64,000 bases of DNA from the human T2T-CHM13v2.0 reference genome, Homo sapiens: the NCBI RefSeq assembly GCF_009914755.1, contig NC_060931.1; one strand, given 5' to 3'. This document shows, piece by piece, positions 28,401-42,700 of this stretch. The translations under genes and the position numbers were made by a program. The notes below the pieces were generated by a model. The model made no database searches. It was not told where the DNA came from and worked only from the letters and a program-made list of their open reading frames with translations. Each line of letters starts with the position of its first letter. Position 1 is the stretch's first letter.

Positions 28401-30076
28401 TGTGTATTCAACTCACAGAGTTGAACCTTGCTTTAGAGAGAGCAGATTTGAAACACTCTTGCTGTGGCATTTTCAGGTGGAGATTTCAAGCGATTTGAGG
28501 ACAATTGCAGAAAAGGAAATATCTTCGTATAATAACCAGACAGAATCATTCTCAGAAAGTGCTTTGTGATGTGTGCGTTCAACTCACAGAGTTTAACCTT
28601 TCTTTTCATAGAGGAGTTTGGAAACACACTGTTTGTAAAGTCTGCAAGTGGATACATGGACCTGTTTGAGGCCTTCGTTGGAAACGGGATTTCTTCATTG
28701 AATGCTAGACGGAAGAATTCTCAGTAAATTCTTTGTGTTGTGTGCATTCAACTCACAGAGTGGAACGTCCCTTTAGACAGAGCAGATTTGAAACACTCTT
28801 TTTGCGGAATTTGCAAGTGGAGATTTCTAGCCATTTGATGCCAACAGTAGAAAGGGAAATATCTTCAAATAAAAACCAGACAGAATCATTCTCAGAAAAT
28901 TCTTTGTGATGTGTGCGTTCAACTCACATAGTTTAACCTTTCTTTTCATAGAGCAGTTTGGAAACACTCTGTTTGTAAAGTCTGCAAGTGGATATATGGA
29001 CCGCATTGAGGCCTTCGTTGGAAACGGGATTTCTTCATTTCATGCTAGACAGAAGAATTCTCAGTAACTTCTTTGTGCTGTGTGTATTCAACTCACAGAG
29101 TGGAACGTCCCTTTACACAGAGCAGATTTGAAACACTCTTTTTGTGGAGTTTGCAAGTGGAGATTTCAAGCGATTTGATGCCAACAGTAGAAAAGGAAAT
29201 ATCTTCAAATAAAAACTAGACAGAATCATTCTCAGAAACTACTTTGTGATGTGTGCCTTCAACTCACAGAGTTTAACCTTTCTTTTCTTAGAGCAGTTTA
29301 GAAACACTCTGCTTGTTATGTCTGCAAGTGGATATTTGGACCTCTTTGAGGCCTTCGTTGCAAACGGGGTTTCTTCCTTTCATGCTAGACTAAGAAGAGT
29401 TCTCAGTAACTTTTTTGTGTTGTGTGTATTCAACTCACAGAGTTGAACCTTGCTTTAGAGAGAGCAGATTTGAAACACTCTTGCTGTGGCATTTTCAGGT
29501 GGAGATTTCAAGCGATTTGAGGACAATTGCAGAAAAGGAAATATCTTCGTATAATAACCAGACAGAATCATTCTCAGAAAGTGCTTTGTGATGTGTGCGT
29601 TCAACTCACAGAGTTTAACCTTTCTTTCCATAGAGGAGTTTGGAAACACACTGTTTGTAAAGTCTGCAAGTGGATATATGGACCTGTTTGAGGCCTTCGT
29701 TGGAAACGGGATTTCTTCATTGAATGCTAGACGGAAGAATTCTCAGTAAATTCTTTGTGTTGTGTGCATTCAACTCACAGAGTGGAACGTCCCTTTAGAC
29801 AGAGCAGATTTGAAACACTCTTTTTGCGGAATTTGCAAGTGGAGATTTCTAGCCATTTGATGCCAACAGTAGAAAGGGAAATATCTTCAAATAAAAACCA
29901 GACAGAATCATTCTCAGAAAATTCTTTGTGATGTGTGCGTTCAACTCACATAGTTTAACCTTTCTTTTCATAGAGCAGTTTGGAAACACTCTGTTTGTAA
30001 AGTCTGCAAGTGGATATATGGACCGCATTGAGGCCTTCGTTGGAAACGGGATTTCTTCATTTCATGCTAGACAGAA

Positions 30077-30756
30077 GAATTCTCAGTAACTTCTTTGTGC
30101 TGTGTGTATTCAACTCACAGAGTGGAACGTCCCTTTACACAGAGCAGATTTGAAACACTCTTTTTGTGGAGTTTGCAAGTGGAGATTTCAAGCGATTTGA
30201 TGCCAACAGTAGAAAAGGAAATATCTTCAAATAAAAACTAGACAGAATCATTCTCAGAAACTACTTTGTGATGTGTGCCTTCAACTCACAGAGTTTAACC
30301 TTTCTTTTCATAGAGGAGTTTGGAAACACACTGTTTGTAAAGTCTGCAAGTGGATATATGGACCTGTTTGAGGCCTTCGTTGGAAACGGGATTTCTTCAT
30401 TGAATGCTAGACGGAAGAATTCTCAGTAAATTCTTTGTGTTGTGTGCATTCAACTCACAGAGTGGAACGTCCCTTTAGACAGAGCAGATTTGAAACACTC
30501 TTTTTGCGGAATTTGCAAGTGGAGATTTCTAGCCATTTGATGCCAACAGTAGAAAGGGAAATATCTTCAAATAAAAACCAGACAGAATCATTCTCAGAAA
30601 ATTCTTTGTGATGTGTGCGTTCAACTCACATAGTTTAACCTTTCTTTTCATAGAGCAGTTTGGAAACACTCTGTTTGTAAAGTCTGCAAGTGGATATATG
30701 GACCGCATTGAGGCCTTCGTTGGAAACGGGATTTATTCATTTCATGCTAGACAGAA
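30077..30756 (+). repeat. 4-mer HOR variant type 1 (680 bp)
   Basis: Same chimeric monomer, junction window 30280-30309. ORF spacing from 29246 to 30948 is 1702 bp. Confidence 0.95.
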
Positions 30757-33700
30757 GAATTCTCAGTAACTTCTTTGTGCTGTGTGTATTCAACTCACAG
30801 AGTGGAACCTCCCTTTACACAGAGCAGATTTGAAACACTCTTTTTGTGGAGTTTGCAAGTGGAGATTTCAAGCGATTTGATGCCAACAGTAGAAAAGGAA
30901 ATATCTTCAAATAAAAACTAGACAGAATCATTCTCAGAAACTACTTTGTGATGTGTGCCTTCAACTCACAGAGTTTAACCTTTCTTTTCTTAGAGCAGTT
31001 TAGAAACACTCTGCTTGTTATGTCTGCAAGTGGATATTTGGACCTCTTTGAGGCCTTCGTTGCAAACGGGGTTTCTTCCTTTCATGCTAGACTAAGAAGA
31101 GTTCTCAGTAACTTTTTTGTGTTGTGTGTATTCAACTCACAGAGTTGAACCTTGCTTTAGAGAGAGCAGATTTGAAACACTCTTGCTGTGGCATTTTCAG
31201 GTGGAGATTTCAAGCGATTTGAGGACAATTGCAGAAAAGGAAATATCTTCGTATAATAACCAGACAGAATCATTCTCAGAAAGTGCTTTGTGATGTGTGC
31301 GTTCAACTCACAGAGTTTAACCTTTCTTTTCATAGAGGAGTTTGGAAACACACTGTTTGTAAGGACTGCAAGTGGATATATGGACCTGTTTGAGGCCTTC
31401 GTTGGAAACGGGATTTCTTCATTGAATGCTAGACGGAAGAATTCTCAGTAAATTCTTTGTGTTGTGTGCATTCAACTCACAGAGTGGAACGTCCCTTTAG
31501 ACACAGCAGATTTGAAACACTCTTTTTGCGGAATTTGCAAGTGGAGATTTCTAGCCATTTGATGCCAACAGTAGAAAGGGAAATATCTTCAAATAAAAAC
31601 CAGACAGAATCATTCTCAGCAAATTCTTTGTGATGTGTGCGTTCAACTCACATAGTTTAACCTTTCTTTTCATAGAGCAGTTTGGAAACACTCTGTTTGT
31701 AAAGTCTGCAAGTGGATATATGGACCGCATTGAGGCCTTCGTTGGAAACGGGATTTCTTCATTTCATGCTAGACAGAAGAATTCTCAGTAACTTCTTTGT
31801 GCTGTGTGTATTCAACTCACAGAGTGGAACGTCCCTTTGCACAGAGCAGATTTGAAACACTCTTTTTGTGGAGTTTGCAAGTGGAGATTTCAAGCGATTT
31901 GATGCCAACAGTAGAAAAGGAAATATCTTCAAATAAAAACTAGACAGAATCATTCTCAGAAACTACTTTGTGATGTGTGCCTTCAACTCACAGAGTTCAA
32001 CCTTTCTTTTCTTAGAGCAGTTTAGAAACACTCTGCTTGTTATGTCTGCAAGTGGATATTTGGACCTCTTTGAGGCCTTCGTTGCAAACGGGGTTTCTTC
32101 CTTTCATGCTAGACTAAGAAGAGTTCTCAGTAACTTTTTTGTGTTGTGTGTATTCAACTCACAGAGTTGAACCTTGCTTTAGAGAGAGCAGATTTGAAAC
32201 ACTCTTGCTGTGGCATTTTCAGGTGGAGATTTCAAGCGATTTGAGGACAATTGCAGAAAAGGAAATATCTTCGTATAATAACCAGACAGAATCATTCTCA
32301 GAAAGTGCTTTGTGATGTGTGCGTTCAACTCACAGAGTTTAACCTTTCTTTTCATAGAGGAGTTTGGAAACACACTGTTTGTAAAGTCTGCAAGTGGATA
32401 CATGGACCTGTTTGAGGCCTTCGTTGGAAACGGGATTTCTTCATTGAATGCTAGACGGAAGAATTCTCAGTAAATTCTTTGTGTTGTGTGCATTCAACTC
32501 ACAGAGTGGAACGTCCCTTTAGACAGAGCAGATTTGAAACACTCTTTTTGCGGAATTTGCAAGTGGAGATTTCTAGCCATTTGATGCCAACAGTAGAAAG
32601 GGAAATATCTTCAAATAAAAACCAGACAGAATCATTCTCAGCAAATTCTTTGTGATGTGTGCGTTCAACTCACATAGTTTAACCTTTCTTTTCATAGAGC
32701 AGTTTGGAAACACTCTGTTTGTAAAGTCTGCAAGTGGATATATGGACCGCTTTGAGGCCTTCGTTGGAAACGGGATTTCTTCATTTCATGCTAGACAGAA
32801 GAATTCTCAGTAACTTCTTTGTGCTGTGTGTATTCAACTCACAGAGTGGAACGTCCCTTTGCACAGAGCAGATTTGAAACACTCTTTTTGTGGAGTTTGC
32901 AAGTGGAGATTTCAAGCGATTTGATGCCAACAGTAGAAAAGGAAATATCTTCAAATAAAAACTAGACAGAATCATTCTCAGAAACTACTTTGTGATGTGT
33001 GCCTTCAACTCACAGAGTTTAACCTTTCTTTTCTTAGAGCAGTTTAGAAACACTCTGCTTGTTATGTCTGCAAGTGGATATTTGGACCTCTTTGAGGCCT
33101 TCGTTGCAAACGGGGTTTCTTCCTTTCATGCTAGACTAAGAAGAGTTCTCAGTAACTTTTTTGTGTTGTGTGTATTCAACTCACAGAGTTGAACCTTGCT
33201 TTAGAGAGAGCAGATTTGAAACACTCTTGCTGTGGCATTTTCAGGTGGAGATTTCAAGCGATTTGAGGACAATTGCAGAAAAGGAAATATCTTCGTATAA
33301 TAACCAGACAGAATCATTCTCAGAAAGTGCTTTGTGATGTGTGCGTTCAACTCACAGAGTTTAACCTTTCTTTTCATAGAGGAGTTTGGAAACACACTGT
33401 TTGTAAAGTCTGCAAGTGGATACATGGACCTGTTTGAGGCCTTCGTTGGAAACGGGATTTCTTCATTGAATGCTAGACGGAAGAATTCTCAGTAAATTCT
33501 TTGTGTTGTGTGCATTCAACTCACAGAGTGGAACGTCCCTTTAGACAGAGCAGATTTGAAACACTCTTTTTGCGGAATTTGCAAGTGGAGATTTCTAGCC
33601 ATTTGATGCCAACAGTAGAAAGGGAAATATCTTCAAATAAAAACCAGACAGAATCATTCTCAGCAAATTCTTTGTGATGTGTGCGTTCAACTCACATAGT

Positions 33701-36700
33701 TTAACCTTTCTTTTCATAGAGCAGTTTGGAAACACTCTGTTTGTAAAGTCTGCAAGTGGATATATGGACCGCATTGAGGCCTTCGTTGGAAACGGGATTT
33801 CTTCATTTCATGCTAGACAGAAGAATTCTCAGTAACTTCTTTGTGCTGTGTGTATTCAACTCACAGAGTGGAACGTCCCTTTGCACAGAGCAGATTTGAA
33901 ACACTCTTTTTGTGGAGTTTGCAAGTGGAGATTTCAAGCGATTTGATGCCAACAGTAGAAAAGGAAATATCTTCAAATAAAAACTAGACAGAATCATTCT
34001 CAGAAACTACTTTGTGATGTGTGCCTTCAACTCACAGAGTTCAACCTTTCTTTTCTTAGAGCAGTTTAGAAACACTCTGCTTGTTATGTCTGCAAGTGGA
34101 TATTTGGACCTCTTTGAGGCCTTCGTTGCAAACGGGGTTTCTTCCTTTCATGCTAGACTAAGAAGAGTTCTCAGTAACTTTTTTGTGTTGTGTGTATTCA
34201 ACTCACAGAGTTGAACCTTGCTTTAGAGAGAGCAGATTTGAAACACTCTTGCTGTGGCATTTTCAGGTGGAGATTTCAAGCGATTTGAGGACAATTGCAG
34301 AAAAGGAAATATCTTCGTATAATAACCAGACAGAATCATTCTCAGAAAGTGCTTTGTGATGTGTGCGTTCAACTCACAGAGTTTAACCTTTCTTTTCATA
34401 GAGGAGTTTGGAAACACACTGTTTGTAAAGTCTGCAAGTGGATACATGGACCTGTTTGAGGCCTTCGTTGGAAACGGGATTTCTTCATTGAATGCTAGAC
34501 GGAAGAATTCTCAGTAAATTCTTTGTGTTGTGTGCATTCAACTCACAGAGTGGAACGTCCCTTTAGACAGAGCAGATTTGAAACACTCTTTTTGCGGAAT
34601 TTGCAAGTGGAGATTTCTAGCCATTTGATGCCAACAGTAGAAAGGGAAATATCTTCAAATAAAAACCAGACAGAATCATTCTCAGCAAATTCTTTGTGAT
34701 GTGTGCGTTCAACTCACATAGTTTAACCTTTCTTTTCATAGAGCAGTTTGGAAACACTCTGTTTGTAAAGTCTGCAAGTGGATATATGGACCGCTTTGAG
34801 GCCTTCGTTGGAAACGGGATTTCTTCATTTCATGCTAGACAGAAGAATTCTCAGTAACTTGTTTGTGCTGTGTGTATTCAACTCACAGAGTGGAACGTCC
34901 CTTTGCACAGAGCAGATTTGAAACACTCTTTTTGTGGAGTTTGCAAGTGGAGATTTCAAGCGATTTGATGCCAACAGTAGAAAAGGAAATATCTTCAAAT
35001 AAAAACTAGACAGAATCATTCTCAGAAACTACTTTGTGATGTGTGCCTTCAACTCACAGAGTTCAACCTTTCTTTTCTTAGAGCAGTTTAGAAACACTCT
35101 GCTTGTTATGTCTGCAAGTGGATATTTGGACCTCTTTGAGGCCTTCGTTGCAAACGGGGTTTCTTCCTTTCATGCTAGACTAAGAAGAGTTCTCAGTAAC
35201 TTTTTTGTGTTGTGTGTATTCAACTCACAGAGTTGAACCTTTCTTTAGAGAGAGCAGATTTGAAACACTCTTGCTGTGGCATTTTCAGGTGGAGATTTCA
35301 AGCGATTTGAGGACAATTGCAGAAAAGGAAATATCTTCGTATAATAACCAGACAGAATCATTCTCAGAAAGTGCTTTGTGATGTGTGCGTTCAACTCACA
35401 GAGTTTAACCTTTCTTTTCATAGAGGAGTTTGGAAACACACTGTTTGTAAGGACTGCAAGTGGATATATGGACCTGTTTGAGGCCTTCGTTGGAAACGGG
35501 ATTTCTTCATTGAATGCTAGACGGAAGAATTCTCAGTAAATTCTTTGTGTTGTGTGCATTCAAGTCACAGAGTGGAACGTCCCTTTAGACACAGCAGATT
35601 TGAAACACTCTTTTTGCGGAATTTGCAAGTGGAGATTTCTAGCCATTTGATGCCAACAGTAGAAAGGGAAATATCTTCAAATAAAAACCAGACAGAATCA
35701 TTCTCAGCAAATTCTTTGTGATGTGTGCGTTCAACTCACATAGTTTAACCTTTCTTTTCATAGAGCAGTTTGGAAACACTCTGTTTGTAAAGTCTGCAAG
35801 TGGATATATGGACCGCATTGAGGCCTTCGTTGGAAACGGGATTTCTTCATTTCATGCTAGACAGAAGAATTCTCAGTAACTTCTTTGTGCTGTGTGTATT
35901 GAACTCACAGAGTGGAACGTCCCTTTGCACAGAGCAGATTTGAAACACTCTTTTTGTGGAGTTTGCAAGTGGAGATTTCAAGCGATTTGATGCCAACAGT
36001 AGAAAAGGAAATATCTTCAAATAAAAACTAGACAGAATCATTCTCAGAAACTACTTTGTGATGTGTGCCTTCAACTCACAGAGTTCAACCTTTCTTTTCT
36101 TAGAGCAGTTTAGAAACACTCTGCTTGTTATGTCTGCAAGTGGATATTTGGACCTCTTTGAGGCCTTCGTTGCAAACGGGGTTTCTTCCTTTCATGCTAG
36201 ACTAAGAAGAGTTCTCAGTAACTTTTTTGTGTTGTGTGTATTCAACTCACAGAGTTGAACCTTGCTTTAGAGAGAGCAGATTTGAAACACTCTTGCTGTG
36301 GCATTTTCAGGTGGAGATTTCAAGCGATTTGAGGACAATTGCAGAAAAGGAAATATCTTCGTATAATAACCAGACAGAATCATTCTCAGAAAGTGCTTTG
36401 TGATGTGTGCGTTCAACTCACAGAGTTTAACCTTTCTTTTCATAGAGGAGTTTGGAAACACACTGTTTGTAAAGTCTGCAAGTGGATACATGGACCTGTT
36501 TGAGGCCTTCGTTGGAAACGGGATTTCTTCATTGAATGCTAGACGGAAGAATTCTCAGTAAATTCTTTGTGTTGTGTGCATTCAACTCACAGAGTGGAAC
36601 GTCCCTTTAGACAGAGCAGATTTGAAACACTCTTTTTGCGGAATTTGCAAGTGGAGATTTCTAGCCATTTGATGCCAACAGTAGAAAGGGAAATATCTTC

Positions 36701-39700
36701 AAATAAAAACCAGACAGAATCATTCTCAGCAAATTCTTTGTGATGTGTGCGTTCAACTCACATAGTTTAACCTTTCTTTTCATAGAGCAGTTTGGAAACA
36801 CTCTGTTTGTAAAGTCTGCAAGTGGATATATGGACCGCTTTGAGGCCTTCGTTGGAAACGGGATTTCTTCATTTCATGCTAGACAGAAGAATTCTCAGTA
36901 ACTTCTTTGTGCTGTGTGTATTCAACTCACAGAGTGGAACGTCCCTTTGCACAGAGCAGATTTGAAACACTCTTTTTGTGGAGTTTGCAAGTGGAGATTT
37001 CAAGCGATTTGATGCCAACAGTAGAAAAGGAAATATCTTCAAATAAAAACTAGACAGAATCATTCTCAGAAACTACTTTGTGATGTGTGCCTTCAACTCA
37101 CAGAGTTTAACCTTTCTTTTCTTAGAGCAGTTTAGAAACACTCTGCTTGTTATGTCTGCAAGTGGATATTTGGACCTCTTTGAGGCCTTCGTTGCAAACG
37201 GGGTTTCTTCCTTTCATGCTAGACTAAGAAGAGTTCTCAGTAACTTTTTTGTGTTGTGTGTATTCAACTCACAGAGTTGAACCTTGCTTTAGAGAGAGCA
37301 GATTTGAAACACTCTTGCTGTGGCATTTTCAGGTGGAGATTTCAAGCGATTTGAGGACAATTACAGAAAAGGAAATATCTTCGTATAATAACCAGACAGA
37401 ATCATTCTCAGAAAGTGCTTTGTGATGTGTGCGTTCAACTCACAGAGTTTAACCTTTCTTTTCATAGAGGAGTTTGGAAACACACTGTTTGTAAAGTCTG
37501 CAAGTGGATACATGGACCTGTTTGAGGCCTTCGTTGGAAACGGGATTTCTTCATTGAATGCTAGACGGAAGAATTCTCAGTAAATTCTTTGTGTTGTGTG
37601 CATTCAACTCACAGAGTGGAACGTCCCTTTAGACAGAGCAGATTTGAAACACTCTTTTTGCGGAATTTGCAAGTGGAGATTTCTAGCCATTTGATGCCAA
37701 CAGTAGAAAGGGAAATATCTTCAAATAAAAACCAGACAGAATCATTCTCAGAAAATTCTTTGTGATGTGTGCGTTCAACTCACATAGTTTAACCTTTCTT
37801 TTCATAGAGCAGTTTGGAAACACTCTGTTTGTAAAGTCTGCAAGTGGATATATGGACCGCTTTGAGGCCTTCGTTGGAAACGGGATTTCTTCATTTCATG
37901 CTAGACAGAAGAATTCTCAGTAACTTCTTTGTGCTGTGTGTATTCAACTCACAGAGTGGAACGTCCCTTTACACAGAGCAGATTTGAAACACTCTTTTTG
38001 TGGAGTTTGCAAGTGGAGATTTCAAGCGATTTGATGCCAACAGTAGAAAAGGAAATATCTTCAAATAAAAACTAGACAGAATCATTCTCAGAAACTACTT
38101 TGTGATGTGTGCCTTCAACTCACAGAGTTTAACCTTTCTTTTCTTAGAGCAGTTTAGAAACACTCTGCTTGTTATGTCTGCAAGTGGATATTTGGACCTC
38201 TTTGAGGCCTTCGTTGCAAACGGGGTTTCTTCCTTTCATGCTAGACTAAGAAGAGTTCTCAGTAACTTTTTTGTGTTGTGTGTATTCAACTCACAGAGTT
38301 GAACCTTGCTTTAGAGAGAGCAGATTTCAAACACTCTTGCTGTGGCATTTTCAGGTGGAGATTTCAAGCGATTTGAGGACAATTGCAGAAAAGGAAATAT
38401 CTTCGTATAATAACCAGACAGAATCATTCTCAGAAAGTGCTTTGTGATGTGTGCGTTCAACTCACAGAGTTTAACCTTTCTTTTCATAGAAGAGTTTGGA
38501 AACACACTGTTTGTAAGGACTGCAAGTGGATATATGGACCTGTTTGAGGCCTTCGTTGGAAACGGGATTTCTTCATTGAATGCTAGACGGAAGAATTCTC
38601 AGTAAATTCTTTGTGTTGTGTGCATTCAACTCACAGAGTGGAACGTCCCTTTAGACAGAGCAGATTTGAAACACTCTTTTTGCGGAATTTGCAAGTGGAG
38701 ATTTCTAGCCATTTGATGCCAACAGTAGAAAGGGAAATATCTTCAAATAAAAACCAGACAGAATCATTCTCAGAAAATTCTTTGTGATGTGTGCGTTCAA
38801 CTCACATAGTTTAACCTTTCTTTTCATAGAGCAGTTTGGAAACACTCTGTTTGTAAAGTCTGCAAGTGGATATATGGACCGCATTGAGGCCTTCGTTGGA
38901 AACGGGATTTCTTCATTTCATGCTAGACAGAAGAATTCTCAGTAACTTCTTTGTGCTGTGTGTATTCAACTCACAGAGTGGAACGTCCCTTTGCACAGAG
39001 CAGATTTGAAACACTCTTTTTGTGGAGTTTGCAAGTGGAGATTTCAAGCGATTTGATGCCAACAGTAGAAAAGGAAATATCTTCAAATAAAAACTAGACA
39101 GAATCATTCTCAGAAACTACTTTGTGATGTGTGCCTTCAACTCACAGAGTTTAACCTTTCTTTTCTTAGAGCAGTTTAGAAACACTCTGCTTGTTATGAC
39201 TGCAAGTGGATATTTGGACCTCTTTGAGGCCTTCGTTGCAAACGGGGTTTCTTCCTTTCATGCTAGACTAAGAAGAGTTCTCAGTAACTTTTTTGTGTTG
39301 TGTGTATTCAACTCACAGAGTTGAACCTTGCTTTAGAGAGAGCAGATTTGAAACACTCTTGCTGTGGCATTTTCAGGTGGAGATTTCAAGCGATTTGAGG
39401 ACAATTGCAGAAAAGGAAATATCTTCGTATAATAACCAGACAGAATCATTCTCAGAAAGTGCTTTGTGATGTGTGCGTTCAACTCACAGAGTTTAACCTT
39501 TCTTTTCATAGAGGAGTTTGGAAACACACTGTTTGTAAGGACTGCAAGTGGATATATGGACCTGTTTGAGGCCTTCGTTGGAAACGGGATTTCTTCATTG
39601 AATGCTAGACGGAAGAATTCTCAGTAAATTCTTTGTGTTGTGTGCATTCAAGTCACAGAGTGGAACGTCCCTTTAGACACAGCAGATTTGAAACACTCTT

Positions 39701-42700
39701 TTTGCGGAATTTGCAAGTGGAGATTTCTAGCCATTTGATGCCAACAGTAGAAAGGGAAATATCTTCAAATAAAAACCAGACAGAATCATTCTCAGCAAAT
39801 TCTTTGTGATGTGTGCGTTCAACTCACATAGTTTAACCTTTCTTTTCATAGAGCAGTTTGGAAACACTCTGTTTGTAAAGTCTGCAAGTGGATATATGGA
39901 CCGCATTGAGGCCTTCGTTGGAAACGGGATTTCTTCATTTCATGCTAGACAGAAGAATTCTCAGTAACTTCTTTGTGCTGTGTGTATTCAACTCACAGAG
40001 TGGAACGTCCCTTTGCACAGAGCAGATTTGAAACACTCTTTTTGTGGAGTTTGCAAGTGGAGATTTCAAGCGATTTGATGCCAACAGTAGAAAAGGAAAT
40101 ATCTTCAAATAAAAACTAGACAGAATCATTCTCAGAAACTACTTTGTGATGTGTGCCTTCAACTCACAGAGTTCAACCTTTCTTTTCTTAGAGCAGTTTA
40201 GAAACACTCTGCTTGTTATGTCTGCAAGTGGATATTTGGACCTCTTTGAGGCCTTCGTTGCAAACGGGGTTTCTTCCTTTCATGCTAGACTAAGAAGAGT
40301 TCTCAGTAACTTTTTTGTGTTGTGTGTATTCAACTCACAGAGTTGAACCTTGCTTTAGAGAGAGCAGATTTGAAACACTCTTGCTGTGGCATTTTCAGGT
40401 GGAGATTTCAAGCGATTTGAGGACAATTGCAGAAAAGGAAATATCTTCGTATAATAACCAGACAGAATCATTCTCAGATAGTGCTTTGTGATGTGTGCGT
40501 TCAACTCACAGAGTTTAACCTTTCTTTTCATAGAGGAGTTTGGAAACACACTGTTTGTAAAGTCTGCAAGTGGATACATGGACCTGTTTGAGGCCTTCGT
40601 TGGAAACGGGATTTCTTCATTGAATGCTAGACGGAAGAATTCTCAGTAAATTCTTTGTGTTGTGTGCATTCAACTCACAGAGTGGAACGTCCCTTTAGAC
40701 AGAGCAGATTTGAAACACTCTTTTTGCGGAATTTGCAAGTGGAGATTTCTAGCCATTTGATGCCAACAGTAGAAAGGGAAATATCTTCAAATAAAAACCA
40801 GACAGAATCATTCTCAGCAAATTCTTTGTGATGTGTGCGTTCAACTCACATAGTTTAACCTTTCTTTTCATAGAGCAGTTTGGAAACACTCTGTTTGTAA
40901 AGTCTGCAAGTGGATATATGGACCGCTTTGAGGCCTTCGTTGGAAACGGGATTTCTTCATTTCATGCTAGACAGAAGAATTCTCAGTAACTTCTTTGTGC
41001 TGTGTGTATTCAACTCACAGAGTGGAACGTCCCTTTGCACAGAGCAGATTTGAAACACTCTTTTTGTGGAGTTTGCAAGTGGAGATTTCAAGCGATTTGA
41101 TGCCAACAGTAGAAAAGGAAATATCTTCAAATAAAAACTAGACAGAATCATTCTCAGAAACTACTTTGTGATGTGTGCCTTCAACTCACAGAGTTTAACC
41201 TTTCTTTTCTTAGAGCAGTTTAGAAACACTCTGCTTGTTATGTCTGCAAGTGGATATTTGGACCTCTTTGAGGCCTTCGTTGCAAACGGGGTTTCTTCCT
41301 TTCATGCTAGACTAAGAAGAGTTCTCAGTAACTTTTTTGTGTTGTGTGTATTCAACTCACAGAGTTGAACCTTGCTTTAGAGAGAGCAGATTTGAAACAC
41401 TCTTGCTGTGGCATTTTCAGGTGGAGATTTCAAGCGATTTGAGGACAATTGCAGAAAAGGAAATATCTTCGTATAATAACCAGACAGAATCATTCTCAGA
41501 AAGTGCTTTGTGATGTGTGCGTTCAACTCACAGAGTTTAACCTTTCTTTTCATAGAGGAGTTTGGAAACACACTGTTTGTAAAGTCTGCAAGTGGATACA
41601 TGGACCTGTTTGAGGCCTTCGTTGGAAACGGGATTTCTTCATTGAATGCTAGACGGAAGAATTCTCAGTAAATTCTTTGTGTTGTGTGCATTCAACTCAC
41701 AGAGTGGAACGTCCCTTTAGACAGAGCAGATTTGAAACACTCTTTTTGCGGAATTTGCAAGTGGAGATTTCTAGCCATTTGATGCCAACAGTAGAAAGGG
41801 AAATATCTTCAAATAAAAACCAGACAGAATCATTCTCAGCAAATTCTTTGTGATGTGTGCGTTCAACTCACATAGTTTAACCTTTCTTTTCATAGAGCAG
41901 TTTGGAAACACTCTGTTTGTAAAGTCTGCAAGTGGATATATGGACCGCTTTGAGGCCTTCGTTGGAAACGGGATTTCTTCATTTCATGCTAGACAGAAGA
42001 ATTCTCAGTAACTTCTTTGTGCTGTGTGTATTCAACTCACAGAGTGGAACGTCCCTTTGCACAGAGCAGATTTGAAACACTCTTTTTGTGGAGTTTGCAA
42101 GTGGAGATTTCAAGCGATTTGATGCCAACAGTAGAAAAGGAAATATCTTCAAATAAAAACTAGACAGAATCATTCTCAGAAACTACTTTGTGATGTGTGC
42201 CTTCAACTCACAGAGTTTAACCTTTCTTTTCTTAGAGCAGTTTAGAAACACTCTGCTTGTTATGTCTGCAAGTGGATATTTGGACCTCTTTGAGGCCTTC
42301 GTTGCAAACGGGGTTTCTTCCTTTCATGCTAGACTAAGAAGAGTTCTCAGTAACTTTTTTGTGTTGTGTGTATTCAACTCACAGAGTTGAACCTTGCTTT
42401 AGAGAGAGCAGATTTGAAACACTCTTGCTGTGGCATTTTCAGGTGGAGATTTCAAGCGATTTGAGGACAATTGCAGAAAAGGAAATATCTTCGTATAATA
42501 ACCAGACAGAATCATTCTCAGAAAGTGCTTTGTGATGTGTGCGTTCAACTCACAGAGTTTAACCTTTCTTTTCATAGAGGAGTTTGGAAACACACTGTTT
42601 GTAAAGTCTGCAAGTGGATACATGGACCTGTTTGAGGCCTTCGTTGGAAACGGGATTTCTTCATTGAATGCTAGACGGAAGAATTCTCAGTAAATTCTTT

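Larger units (their letters stand above)
5211..39000 (+). repeat. Imperfect ~11-12 kb multi-HOR tandem block, about three copies (boundaries approximate)
   Basis: Shared rare markers at an 11,922-bp offset (4-mer junctions; C>A at 6891/18813/30735) and at a 10,900-bp offset (13442/24342/35242; 13764/24664/35564; 16528/27428/38328; 15571/26471). Confidence 0.85.
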
